A stretch of DNA of 64,000 nt from Eledone cirrhosa (Eukaryota): positions 18,910,001 to 18,974,000 of the forward strand of contig OZ024752.1 in the NCBI GenBank assembly GCA_964016885.1. Direction: 5' to 3'. Below the pieces are notes generated by a model. The model was not told the origin of the DNA and ran no database searches. It worked only from the letters and a program-made list of their open reading frames with translations. Positions 42,877 through 54,679 of the stretch are shown here, one piece after another; the first letter of the stretch is position 1; each line of letters opens with the position of its first letter. The position numbers and the translations under genes were made by a program.

Positions 42877-43319
42877 TTAACCCTTTTGATATCAACCCAC
42901 TCAAAATTGTCTCTGGTTCTATGAAATAAAACCACCTATTTTAAAGGGTTCCTATTTGAATTAAAATCTTCCAATATAATTTGATATAAGAACTTTTTGT
43001 TATCTTATAAATACAATACTAATGAAATAATTAATGATTTTAATAAATCTTTCAAAATTCTTCATTAACTCTTTAGCATTTATGATGATGATGATGATTA
43101 CTCTATATATACTATTGTATTTTCACGGTAAAGGCTTTATCTCACATAATTTTCTCACATGAGATTTTGATATTTATTATGAGAATAATACCTTAATATA
43201 AGTATGAGTGGCCAGAGCCAGTTTGAAGAGGTGAGAGAATTCTGGCTGGTTTAAATGCTAAAGGGTTAAGTGATTAAAATACAGTATATTTCATTGAAAT
43301 ATGTTAATTAAAGGGTTAT
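42877..43319. mobile_element. TTAA MITE with a second MITE (43065-43269) nested at an internal TTAA
   Basis: Outer TTAACCCTTT...AAAGGGTTAT; inner TTAACTCTTT...AAAGGGTTAA. The uninterrupted site is visible at ~41108. Confidence 0.75.
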
Positions 43320-43669
43320 TCAATGCTAAAAGAAAGCTTTTCTTTCTTTTCTAAATTTCAGTTTTCCTTTTAGTAGAACATTTTAAAAACTTTGTAAGCA
43401 TTACTCACATCATAGGGTGTTATGTTTTTGGATTGGATTTTTTTATCTCCTAATTCTATCTTGTGTAGACACCTATTTTTTAAATAGCTTTATTCAATTA
43501 GTTTATCCAATTTTGATTCTGGTCATACTGAATTACTATCACAATTTTTTTAAGCTGATGTTTTTTTTTTTACAGATCATCATCATCATTTTGTATCCTC
43601 ACTTCCAAGCTAGCTGGCATGGCTTGTATGTGTGGTCATGATTTGAGACAAGACATGGTTAGATAACCT

Positions 43670-44532
43670 TGATAAACATGATAACCATGTCTTGGTAAAC
43701 ATGTCTTGGTAAACATGATAACCATGTCTTGATAAACATGATAACCATGTCTTGATAAACATGATAACCATGTCTTGATAAACATGATAACCATGTCTTG
43801 ATAAACATGTCTTGATAAACATGATAACCATGTCTTGGTAAACATGTCTTGGTAAACATGATAACCATGTCTTGGTAAACATGATAACCATGTCTTAATA
43901 AACATGATAACCATGTCTTGATAAACATGATAACCATGTCTTGGTAAACATGTCTTGATAAACATGATAACCATGTCTTGGTAAACATGATAACCATGTC
44001 TTGGTAAACATGATAACCATGTCTTGATAAACATGATAACCATGTCTTGGTAAACATGATAACCATGTCTTGATAAACATGATAACCATGTCTTGATAAA
44101 CATGATAACCATGTCTTGGTAAACATGTCTTGATAAACATGATAACCATGTCTTGGTAAACATGATAACCATGTCTTGGTAAACATGATAACCATGTCTT
44201 GGTAAACATGATAACCATGTCTTGATAAACATGATAACCATGTCTTGGTAAACATGATAACCATGTCTTAATAAACATGATAACCATGTCTTGATAAACA
44301 TGATAACCATGTCTTGATAAACATGATAACCATGTCTTGGTAAACATGATAACCATGTCTTGGTAAACATGATAACCATGTCTTGGTAAACATGATAACC
44401 ATGTCTTGATAAACATGATAACCATGTCTTGATAAACATGATAACCATGTCTTGGTAAACATGATAACCATGTCTTGGTAAACATGATAACCATGTCTTG
44501 GTAAACATGATAACCATGTCTTGGTAAACATG
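43670..44532. repeat. 23-bp minisatellite with 14-bp deletion variants
   Basis: TTG(A/G)TAAACATGATAACCATGTC, interspersed with TTG(A/G)TAAACATGTC. Confidence 0.95.
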
Positions 44533-44786
44533 GGTAATATCCAGTCATGTGTTTTTCTCTGGAAGATAATGATGGTTCATCTTCAGTAGTTATGAACATG
44601 CAATCTATGAGGGTAGTAGTAGTGGAATAAATAGTAGTAGTAGTAGAATAAATAGTAGTAGTAGTAGAATAAATAGTAGTAGTATGCTAAATATTTCACT
44701 TAAGTCATTTGAGTTTTTTCTTAAATAATAGACATTAAAAATCAAAGTTATCCATTTACCTCAAACATTTAAATAAAACAAGTATT

Positions 44787-45265
44787 TTAACCTTCCTCTT
44801 ACTGTATTTCTCATGACAAAACACTGCTTATGATTTTCAAATAATTTAGGAGATATTTACTAATATAACTCATTTTTAAGCTGGTGTTTGGAACATAACT
44901 TAACAAGTTCTTGCATAGAATTGTAATGGAAGGTTTCTAGATAGATATTTTAAATACTTTAACCCTTTGGCATTTAAATCGTCCATATCCAGCCAGAATT
45001 CTGTTATCTCTTTCTGTTCAAACTGGCTGTAATCGGCTACTCATACTGATGTTAAGGTATTGTTCTAAAAATAATAATATCAAAATTTCATAGATTCGAT
45101 ACTATCTGAGATAATTATGTGAGGTAAAACCTTTACCATGAAAATATGTAACTGAGAATTCAGTTACAAATGTAATAGTAAATATAGAGTAATGTAAATG
45201 CTAAAGGGTTAAAATAATTTATTTTGTAATGTAGAATCAAAGGGTGGTTTGGTGTAAAAGGGCTT
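44787..45265. mobile_element. Second nested MITE pair (inner 44959-45212)
   Basis: Inner TTAACCCTTTGGCATTTA...TAAATGCTAAAGGGTTAA within a decayed outer element in the opposite orientation to 42877-43319. Confidence 0.65.
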
Positions 45266-45640
45266 ATGGCCATTTTGTCTTCTGCTGTACCAGATGTTTT
45301 CTGATTTTCCTCCTCATGTTTCCCTTACTGTGATAAGTAGTCAATTGTTTGACTTTTCATTATAAGAGGTATCCAGCAATGGGAGATAAATCTCATTGAC
45401 TTCAGTGTTTAGAAGAGTGGCAGTTGTGATAAGGGACTTAGTGAAGTAAGCCAAATAGCTACAACTGAAGATTGAGAACCATGTCTTGCTTATGTAGTTC
45501 CTTTTTGGTATGCTTTTTATGGTTGGATGGCCTTCCTAATCCCAATGGCTTTACAGAATGTACTGGGTGTATTTTTATTGTGGTACCAGCACTATCACTG
45601 TATTGTATGTTCTGGATACATTTTACCCTATATTAATCCC

Positions 45641-46411
45641 ACCACTTTACAGGGTGTACTGGGTACATTATATCATGTCATCAGCACTACCACTTTACAG
45701 GGTGTACTGGGTACATTATATCATGTCATCAACACTACCACTTTACAGAGTGTACTGGGTACATTATATCATGTAGTCAACACTACCACTTTACAGGGTG
45801 TAGTGGGTACATTATATCATGTCATCAACACTACCACTTTACAGGGTGTAGTGGGTACATTATATCATGTAGTCAACACTACCACTTTACAGGGTGTACT
45901 GGGTACATTTTATTTTGCCATCACCATTACCACTTTACAGGGTGTAGTGGGTACATTATATCATGTAGTCAACACTACCACTTTACAGGGTGTACTGGGT
46001 ACATTATATCATGTAGTCAACACTACCACTTTACAGGGTGTACTGGGTACATTTTATTTTGCCATCACCATTACCACTTTACAGGGTGTAGTGGGTACAT
46101 TATATCATGTAGTCAACACTACCACTTTACAGGGTGTAGTGGGTACATTATATCATGTAGTCAACACTACCACTTTACAGGGTGTACTGGGTACATTTTA
46201 TTTTGCCATCACCATTACCACTTTACAGGGTGTAGTGGGTACATTATATCATGTAGTCAACACTACCACTTTACAGGGTGTACTGGGTACATTTTATTTT
46301 GCCATCACCATTACCACTTTACAGGGTGTAGTGGGTACATTATATCATGTAGTCAACACTACCACTTTACAGGGTGTACTGGGTACATTTTATTTTGCTA
46401 TCACCATTACC
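45641..46411. repeat. 45-bp minisatellite, about 17 copies, two main variants, probably SINE-derived
   Basis: ACCACTTTACAGGGTGTA(C/G)TGGGTACATT followed by ATATCATGTAGTCAACACT or TTATTTTGCCATCACCATT. Confidence 0.93.
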
Positions 46412-46685
46412 ATTTTACTAAAGAATAAAAAATACAATAAAATTAAAGAAAACCCTGGAAATTAGTTAAATAAGAGTTAAATAAGTGTTCAGTTGTCCTC
46501 AAATATCATGTGATATGTTGTTAACCTGCCTCCTTTTATCACAGAAACTACCGGAACTGATAATGGTGCTGATAATGAGGATGATGGTGAATGATGATGG
46601 ATGATGGAATTATATGGGACACTCTACTTTATGAGTATTCTTGCAGTATTTTACAGCTGTAACATTTTATAGTTAAGAGGGAAGG

Positions 46686-46717
<32 letters not shown>

Positions 46718-47060
46718 CATCATCATCATCATCATCATCAACGTTTAACGTCCGTGTTCCACGCTTGCATGGGTTTGGACGGGGGTAGTCCCACTTGAGG
46801 CAAGAGTGATTGTCTTGCTCGCATAGGACTGTCTGGCAGGTTTTCTACAGTTGGATGCCCTTCCTAACACCAACCACATTTACAGTGTGGGTCTGGGAGG
46901 TTTTTACCGTGTTGCCTACACGGCCACATTACAGCGTGGACTGTGTGTTTTTTTGTCGTGACACCTACACGATCTCATTTGTTTCGGCCTGGATGGCGCG
47001 GCACCAACATAACTTTACATAGAACGGGGTGGTGTGGTGTGGATGGGGTGGGGGTGGTGG
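46718..47060 (-). mobile_element. 3'-UTR-only copy of the same RTE family
   Basis: Essentially identical to 33433-33770. Confidence 0.88.
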
Positions 47061-47076
47061 GATGCACATGTACATA

Positions 47077-47159
47077 TACAGGGTGTTCCCAAAAATGTAT
47101 ACACAATTCAATAGCATTCTAATAAAAGTGTGTATATACTTTTGGTGGTAAACTCTGTA
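47077..47159. mobile_element. Tiny mariner-type hairpin MITE with TA TSD
   Basis: TA-CAGGGTGTTCCCAAAAATGTATACAC...GTGTATATACTTTTGGTGGTAAACTCTG-TA. Confidence 0.6.
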
Positions 47160-47275
47160 TGCATATATATATATATATATATATAACAAAGGAAGTATGG
47201 TAAGGAACCAGATGGACCATAACGCACCAGAGTACTCAATACTTAGAGTAGTAGAGTGGGAAATAGGAAAATGTA

Positions 47276-47360
47276 TGACCCCGACGGCAGAGCTCAAGCC
47301 GTTTCGACGGCTATTTCTGAACTAAATTAGAATTTTTAGCCTGGTGAATAAATAGCCGAC
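47276..47360 (-). ncRNA. Partial or decayed hammerhead in a short insert next to (TA)n
   Basis: Minus strand: stem II CGGCUAUUU/AAAUAGCCG, GAA, stem III ACGGC/GCCGU and a GUC triplet are present. CUGANGA and the 5' strand of stem I are not recognisable. Confidence 0.45.
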
Positions 47361-47402
47361 CCATGATAGACTTATTTGTGTTTACAACAAATTTTAACCA
47401 AT

Positions 47403-48600
47403 CCCCTTGACAACTACAATCTTCCCATATAAGGAAGGACCCCCTTGACAACTACAATCTTCCCATATAAGGAAGGACCCCCTTGACAACTACAATCTTC
47501 CCATATAAGGAAGGACCCCCTTGACAACTACAATCTTCCCATATAAGGAAGGACCCCCTTGACAACTACAATCTTCCCATATAAGGAAGGACCCCCTTGA
47601 CAACTACAATCTTCCCATATAAGGAAGGACCCCCTTGACAACTACAATCTTCCCATATAAGGAAGGACCCCTTGACAACTACAATCTTCCCATATAAGGA
47701 AGGACCCCCTTGACAACTACAATCTTCCCATATAAGGAAGGACCCCCTTGACAACTACGATCTTCCCATATAAGGAAGGACCCCCTTGACAACTACGATC
47801 TTCCCATATAAGGAAGGACCCCCTTGACAACTACGATCTTCCCATATAAGGAAGGACCCCCTTGACAACTACAATCTTCCCATATAAGGAAGGACCCCCT
47901 TGACAACTACAATCTTCCCATATAAGGAAGGACCCCCTTGACAACTACAATCTTCCCATATAAGGAAGGACCCCCTTGACAACTACAATCTTCCCATATA
48001 AGGAAGGACCCCCTTGACAACTACAATCTTCCCATATAAGGAAGGACCCCCTTGACAACTACGATCTTCCCATATAAGGAAGGACCCCCTTGACAACTAC
48101 GATCTTCCCATATAAGGAAGGACCCCCTTGACAACTACGATCTTCCCATATAAGGAAGGACCCCCTTGACAACTACAATCTTCCCATATAAGGAAGGACC
48201 CCCTTGACAACTACAATCTTCCCATATAAGGAAGGACCCCCTTGACAACTACGATCTTCCCATATAAGGAAGGACCCCCTTGACAACTACGATCTTCCCA
48301 TATAAGGAAGGACCCCCTTGACAACTACAATCTTCCCATATAAGGAAGGACCCCCTTGACAACTACAATCTTCCCATATAAGGAAGGACCCCCTTGACAA
48401 CTACAATCTTCCCATATAAGGAAGGACCCCCTTGACAACTACAATCTTCCCATATAAGGAAGGACCCCCTTGACAACTACAATCTTCCCATATAAGGAAG
48501 GACCCCCTTGACAACTACAATCTTCCCATATAAGGAAGGACCCCCTTGACAACTACAATCTTCCCATATAAGGAAGGACCCTCTTGACAACTACAATCTT
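47403..48600. repeat. 38-bp minisatellite, about 31 copies
   Basis: CCCCTTGACAACTAC(A/G)ATCTTCCCATATAAGGAAGGAC. Confidence 0.96.
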
Positions 48601-48899
48601 TTTCCTATATATATGTATATATGTATATATGTATATATATATATATATGTCATATGAGCGTTGAAAAATGGATGTTAAACAGGAATGATGATATATTATC
48701 ATCATCATCGATTAACGTCTATCTTCCATGCTAGCATGGGTTAGATGGGTTTGTCCCATTTAGAGGCAAGTGTTGGGTCGGGTGATCGTGTCTCGCTCAT
48801 ATAGGAGAGTTTCTGGCTGGTTTTCTACAGCTGGATGCCCTTCCTAATGCCAACCACATTTACAGTGTGTGCTGGGTGCTTTTTGTTGTGACACCTACA

Positions 48900-48953
<54 letters not shown>

Positions 48954-49081
48954 AAAGTTATATTTAAATTGTTGGGTTAACAACGAGTAAATATTTATAA
49001 CTGATATAAAAGCACTCAACAAGTATTTGGAGTATATTTATGATATTAAATAAATGGAAACTATATTTATAAAACCATATT

Positions 49082-49147
49082 TATTTCGTTATATATATTT
49101 CAGGGATATCATATTAACAATATGTTATGCCATCTTCAGACAAAATA
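49082..49147 (-). ncRNA. Type I hammerhead ribozyme with minimal palindromic stem III
   Basis: Minus strand: UAUUUUGU-CUGAAGA-U-GGCAUAACAUAUU-GUU-AAUAUGAUAUCCC-U-GAA-AUAUAUAU-A-ACGAAAUA. 8-bp stem I; lies within an AT-rich insert (~48952-49213) between (TA)n tracts. Confidence 0.75.
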
Positions 49148-50045
49148 CAATATAAACAGTCTTATAAATAAATAGATACGACATACCTTTTAATCACCTT
49201 GCATTTGTGAGGTTATATATATATATATATATTTATTATTATTGTTATTATTATATTCAGTTAATGTCTGTGAATTAAATGATTTTCCTCTGTTGAATGT
49301 GGTTGAGCGCATGAGAGCTTACTTATGATTGGGCAATGAAGGGTTGTTTCGAAATTTAGCTTAAAGAAAATGCCCAAGAAATGCAGGATGCCACTACAAC
49401 ACCCCTATGACTCCTCTAGATGTTATGGTACATACATATATATAGTCTCACACTGGAAATGTGGTTGGTGTTAGGAAGGGCATCCAGTTGTAAAACCCCT
49501 GGCAAAATTGACAGTCCTGTCAGAGCAAGGTACAGTGTGACTACTACTACTACTAATACTACTCCTACCACTACTACTACTCTAACCACTAACGCCACCA
49601 CTACTATTACTACCTTCGCTACTACTACTACTACCACCACCACCTACTACTACTACTACTACCTCTACTACCACCACCACCTACTACTACTACTACCTCT
49701 ACTACCAACACCACCTACTACCACCACCACCACCACCACCTACTACTACTACTACCACCACCACCTCTTTCTGTTCAAACTGGCCGTAAGTGGCTGCTCA
49801 TACTGAATCGCAGATTCAATATTATGTGAGCTAAAGCCTTTACTGCTAAAATCCCGTCGAGGTTAACTTTGCCTTTCATCCTTACGGGGTCGATAAAATA
49901 AAATACCAGTAATGTACTGGGTAATTGCTGGCCTTGTGCCAAAAGTAGAAACAATTATTAAATTTAATGTAAATGCTAAAGGGTTAAACCTAAAATATAC
50001 TATTGTTGTCCTCTTGTTTATATTTTCCTCTAATATTTGTTGTAG

Positions 50046-50198
50046 AGAGACAAGATAAAAGATGCTGTAGCAGCTTCCTACACCTACCTCATGGCTGATG
50101 CCAAACAAGATACAACAGTACAGAACCTCATGTATTACCAAACTTTATCTGAAGTAGAGCCAGCAGATTTTATTGATTTGGAACGTCGGCCTTACCAG
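50046..50198 (+). CDS. Internal coding exon of a prolyl 3-hydroxylase / CRTAP (leprecan family) gene
   Basis: Pyrimidine-rich acceptor ending TTGTAG (50045) and donor CAG|GTATGT (50199). 153 bp, open in phase 0: RDKIKDAVAASYTYLMADAKQDTTVQNLMYYQTLSEVEPADFIDLERRPYQ, resembling the leprecan N-terminal motif (AVAAAHTF...NLDYYQTM...DFKDLE.PH) as recalled for P3H1/CRTAP. Paralogue not determinable; flanking exons not found in the window. Confidence 0.85.
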
Positions 50199-50224
50199 GT
50201 ATGTTAATCAACTCTATTAAACAT

Positions 50225-50580
50225 AATCTTCTTCTTCTCCCACATGGGGAGGGTCGTGGGGGAAGAGTTCTTGAGTATTCCTTCCAGTTGGTCCTGTTAG
50301 AAGCAACTGTTTCTTCTTTTTCTTCTTCTGTTTCTTTTTTTTCTTTTCTCTTTTTTCTTTCTCTTCTTTTACTCTTGTTTTTCTCTTTTTCTTTTCCCAC
50401 TTATCCCTGGGAAGGTTGTGGGGGAAGAGCCCTCAAACACTCTTTCCAGCAGGTCCTGTCAGAAGCAACCATCTCTAATTGATCCAGCTGGATCATCAAG
50501 AGAGACCAGCCAAGCTCATGGATGTTATCCAACCATCCTGCTTGGTATTCCTGCATCTCTTGCCGGTTGGTTTTTCTAGT
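50225..50580 (-). mobile_element. Two tandem 3'-end fragments of an RTE-like LINE with purine-rich tails
   Basis: WLDNIHELGW...VASDRTCWKECLRALPPQPS, and a second copy VASNRTNWKEYSRTLPPRPS. Confidence 0.55.
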
Positions 50581-50627
50581 TGAAACTTGATTATGTAAAT
50601 AAACTACTGTATATATATATATATATT

Positions 50628-50965
50628 GAGGCACATGGCTTAGTGTTTAGAGCATTGGCTTTGCAATCGAAAGGTTGTGAGTTCAATTCTCAGACTGGGT
50701 GATGTGTTGTTTCCTTGAGCAAGACACTTTATTTCACATTGCTCCAGTTTACTCAGCTGTAGAAATGAGATGATAGGGACTGGGGTCCCTATCATTCCAC
50801 TGCAAAGTGGTCGTGGAGGTGCCACAGAAAAAAAACACCCAGCACTCACTGTAAATGAGGTTGGTGTTAGGAAGGGTATCCAGCTATAGAAATCAAGCCA
50901 GAATCAGTTCCCGTCCCACCCTTGCAAGCAGGGAAAAAGCGGACGTAAAATGAAATGATGATGAT
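50628..50965 (+). mobile_element. tRNA-derived SINE, same family as 8658-9003
   Basis: GAGGCACATGGCTTAGTG...GAGTTCAATTC...CCCACCCTTGCAAGCAGGGAAAAAGCGGACGTAAAATG. Confidence 0.9.
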
Positions 50966-52519
50966 ATATTATATATTCATGTAAAAGTTGTATTATTTAG
51001 ACTATCTGAGTTCAAATCCCGCCGAGGTTGACTTTGCCTTTCATCCTTACGGGGTCGATAAAATAAAGTACCAGTAATGCACTGGGTAATTGCTGGCCTT
51101 GTGCCTAAAATAGAAACAATTATTTAGACTATATTTTTAGATAAAATTTATGAGGCTACTTTTGAGAGGCTGAAATTACACACTATAACCCAAAAGTAGA
51201 AGTTCAGATGGACTCTAAATGAATAAAATCAGAAACAATGAATGACAGTAATACTTCCAGTGTTTTTATACATAAAAAAATACTTCATCATCATCATCAC
51301 TGTTTAATGTCTAATTTTCCAAGCTTACATGGGTTAGACGGGTCATGAGACAAGTCTGGCCACCTGGTTGTGACATATCTTTCTCAGACAGAACTATATT
51401 GCTGTGAGATCATAACTTCTTGGTCTGAATACTAACAAGAGAGTAAACTCCACTAAAGGCAGTTGAGGGCCAGGTGCTGGTGTTGCACTGTGTAATGAGT
51501 TTTTGTTCGAGCTACATATATGGTTTTAATGTACCATGAAATTAAAAAAATAGAAGTCAACTTTTCTATTTTCAAATTCCGTCTTGTTGACAATTCTAAT
51601 GTAATCAGTTTTAACAGGGAACAATCAAGTGTAACCTACTTTTAATAGATAACATCTAGAACAGTAGCACAGATGGCGTAGGTCCACCCTGGATGGTGGT
51701 AGTTTTTGTCTAACAAATTGGAAACATGGTGGGTACTCAGGGACTGTCCTGGGTGGCACATTTTTAGTGGTGGTGGTGGTGGTGGGGCTCTTTTGGTTTA
51801 CTTAATTAAAAAAGGTGGTGGAGGGTTGAGATGGTGGTGGTAAACACCAGGACTGCTCTGGGCTACACAACTCTGGTGGCACATTAACCTAGAATCTAAA
51901 TCTGAAATTTAAATATTTCATTATTTTTATTTATATTTTAGTTATTTTATTTCAATTATAGTTTGAAGTTGATAGTTTAAGAGAAAATGATTAATTTATA
52001 CTTTTTCTTGATTTATCTTTTTCATTTTATTTTTTGACAGTGATTTGTAGCTAGTGTATATATTTCAATCCAAGGCAAAAATAAGAGTACCCAGTCCACC
52101 CTGTATTGCCCTCTATGTTCAGCCACAAGGGCTGAACATAGAGGGCAATACAAAGACAGGGACAGTGGGGATTTACATGTAATCGAGTAAAAAAAATTAT
52201 CAAAACAAATAAATGAAATTCTCTGCCCACCTTTATCTTCCTTTCCAAGTGGAACTTGAAAAAGTTGACAAAGGCTTGACTGAAAAGGAAAGTGTCTGTC
52301 TTCAGACCTTTCAGTCACATCCAGTCACAACCTCTTTCTCTATCAGACAGAGGAAAACTGTCTGTTCGTCCTGGTTGTAAAAAGGCAGTGAGGGGATCTT
52401 CACTATGGACTCAGTCGATAGGTGGGTCCATCCCACACATGACAATAGTTCGACATAACTCCATAAGTCAGCAATACATTGGCATTGGACAAGTGCATGC
52501 AAAATAATATATATATAAT

Positions 52520-53017
52520 GTGTCAGGTCGCTCTTCAGCACTACTGGTAACATGTAACCCAGTACAATCTGTGCATGGTCGGGTCGTCGGTGACTAAACC
52601 GGTAACCCACCAAGCTTTCTTGATGAGGAGGGTGAATTTGGACATCCTGCGGGATGAAAAACAAAACCCATCAAAGGGCAGAGGAACTCAGCAGAATCAA
52701 CGGCCATCCAATAAAGTTTTTTTTTTTGTGGAATGAGAGACTCCGAGCCTTCATTAAGGCATCTCTCTAGGAGAAGGTCGCTCTAACCTGTGACCAGTTC
52801 TTCTTTTTGGGCAAATGCATTCGATGTTCAGAGAGTGGGATTTGCTCTGGCAAAGCCTTTCCTCACTTCAAAAAGCATCAAGCACAGGCATAGCTTGATA
52901 TGTGACATTTATTGTGATGCATGGGCAAGTCCCTAGCAGGACTTAAAAAGCCACATCCGTGATGCTCATGCTTAAGTATCAAGCAATGGCATTACTTGAA
53001 ATCGATTTGCAGCCATC
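52520..53017 (+). mobile_element. ~500-bp non-autonomous element with RTE-like 5' UTR
   Basis: Homologous to 59765-60243 (-), sharing CTACTGGTAACAT.TAACCCAGTACAATCTGT...GGTGACTAAACCGG. Contains CTAGGAGAAGG and ends TTGCAGCCATCA(TA)n. Confidence 0.6.
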
Positions 53018-53029
53018 ATATATATATAT

Positions 53030-53240
53030 AGGCAAGACACTAAGCACAGCTTCACACCAACCGTCTCTGTTTCCCATCAAGGTTTGTAGGTCATCTCTGT
53101 CAATTCCAGTGTCTCTTGCTAAGGTATCCTGGTATCTGAGCTTTCTGGTAGAAGGGATCTCCCACAGCAAGAGGTCTGAAACCATCTTATCTTTTGTATG
53201 AAATCAGTGACCAGCAAACCTTGTACAACGTGACATCTTG
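53030..53240 (-). mobile_element. LINE C-terminal fragment (RTE-X-like)
   Basis: DLLLW...YQDTLARDTG...LQTLMGNRDGW resembles RTE-group C-termini. Confidence 0.6.
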
Positions 53241-54000
53241 GGCAAGTGTCATTTGCAAGAACCCTCATTTGATCCAAGCCTTGTGAGTGAAACTGGGGTC
53301 AGACAAAATGCACCCAGCACACACTGTTAAGTGGTCATGTTGGTGTCACAACAAAAAGCACGCAGCGCACACTGTAGATGTGGTTGGTGTGAGGAAGGGC
53401 AACCAGCTGTAGAAACCAAGTCAGAAACAGTTCTGTGTGAGCAAAACACAGTCACCTGCCCCAACTTGCCCCAAATGGGACAATCCACCTAACCCATGCT
53501 AGTGTGGAAAAATGGACATTAAACAGTGATGATGACGATGATGATCATAATGATGGTGAAGTATCCTAGACTTACTCTATGTAAAGTTTATATATTCTTT
53601 TTCTTCTTGTCATTTATCCATTACTATTGTTGTTATATTTTCGTGCCAAAGATAATTGCTAACTAATGAAAACCATGAGGAACATCTGTTGTTCTTGGAC
53701 ATTTTTTTAGAGAATTTTTATTAAAGAATGTACTTTTCTAAGCCCCATTGTTATTTTGTTTTTGCTGTATTATTACTATTATTAATAGTAATAGTAGTAG
53801 TTTTCTCTGGTTAACTACCATTGTTTCTGGTTTGGTCTTTTTTTAAAAAGAGAAACTTTTGTTGAATTTCAAATTATAGTCTTATTTTCTTTCTATTAAA
53901 TTTCTTTAGTTGCTGCTTTTAAATTTAACCTATATTCTTCAGGACATAAAATATTGCTTGTCACTTATATTTTCGTCTGGATTTATTTTTCTTAAATATA

Positions 54001-54359
54001 TACAGTGTACGCCCAGCATTGTCCCAGTTATTTGCGAAATTTTCCTTAGAACCTAACTAATAATTGTTCGTGGAAACCACCGCATATTCATGGAATTGTA
54101 AATATCTTCCGCGATTTTTTAATGCCATTTTTCGCGGCAATATATATATTTTTAACACTAAATTATTAATAACAATGTACTGTATTTGCCGGCCTATTGG
54201 ACGCTCCTTTGCATAAGACTCTTTTTTTTATTATATTTTACGTTATATTTTCACGTCTATAGGCATTTTTAGGACCATGTCCAATATTCGCGGTTTTTCA
54301 CCTCTCGCGGGTGCTCTAGGAACATAACTCTCGTGAATACCGGGGGGGGGGGGGACAAC

Positions 54360-54362
<3 letters not shown>
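54001..54362. mobile_element. pogo/Tigger-like MITE remnant
   Basis: The right end reads CAGTTGTCCCCC..GGTATTCACGAGAGTTATGTTCC...CCGCG on the minus strand; the left end is TACAGTGTAC. CpG-rich relative to the flanks. Confidence 0.5.
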
Positions 54363-54390
<28 letters not shown>

Positions 54391-54623
54391 GTGTATACAC
54401 CCCTCCAACAATAAAAACCCATTGTTTTCATTGCAAATTATTTGAAGTCCTTTAGAATAAGATGTAAATGTGGAGACATGGTGAAGGGTGTTGGTAGATT
54501 ATAAATGCTATGATAATTAGAGAATGACAGCATAAACAAATACAAAACACATTTAGTCAGACTAGTTTAAAACATATGTAAACAAGCACACGCACACACA
54601 GACACACACACAGACACACACGC

Positions 54624-54673
<50 letters not shown>

Positions 54674-54679
54674 TATATA

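Noticed and set aside
43610-44599. ORFs of 200-290 aa with a 23-aa period
   Set aside because: Three-frame read-through of a 23-bp minisatellite.
46543-46586. Possible micro-exon (TTTTATCACAG...GATG|GTGAAT)
   Set aside because: Weak donor, low-complexity GAT-rich content and no similarity to leprecan proteins.
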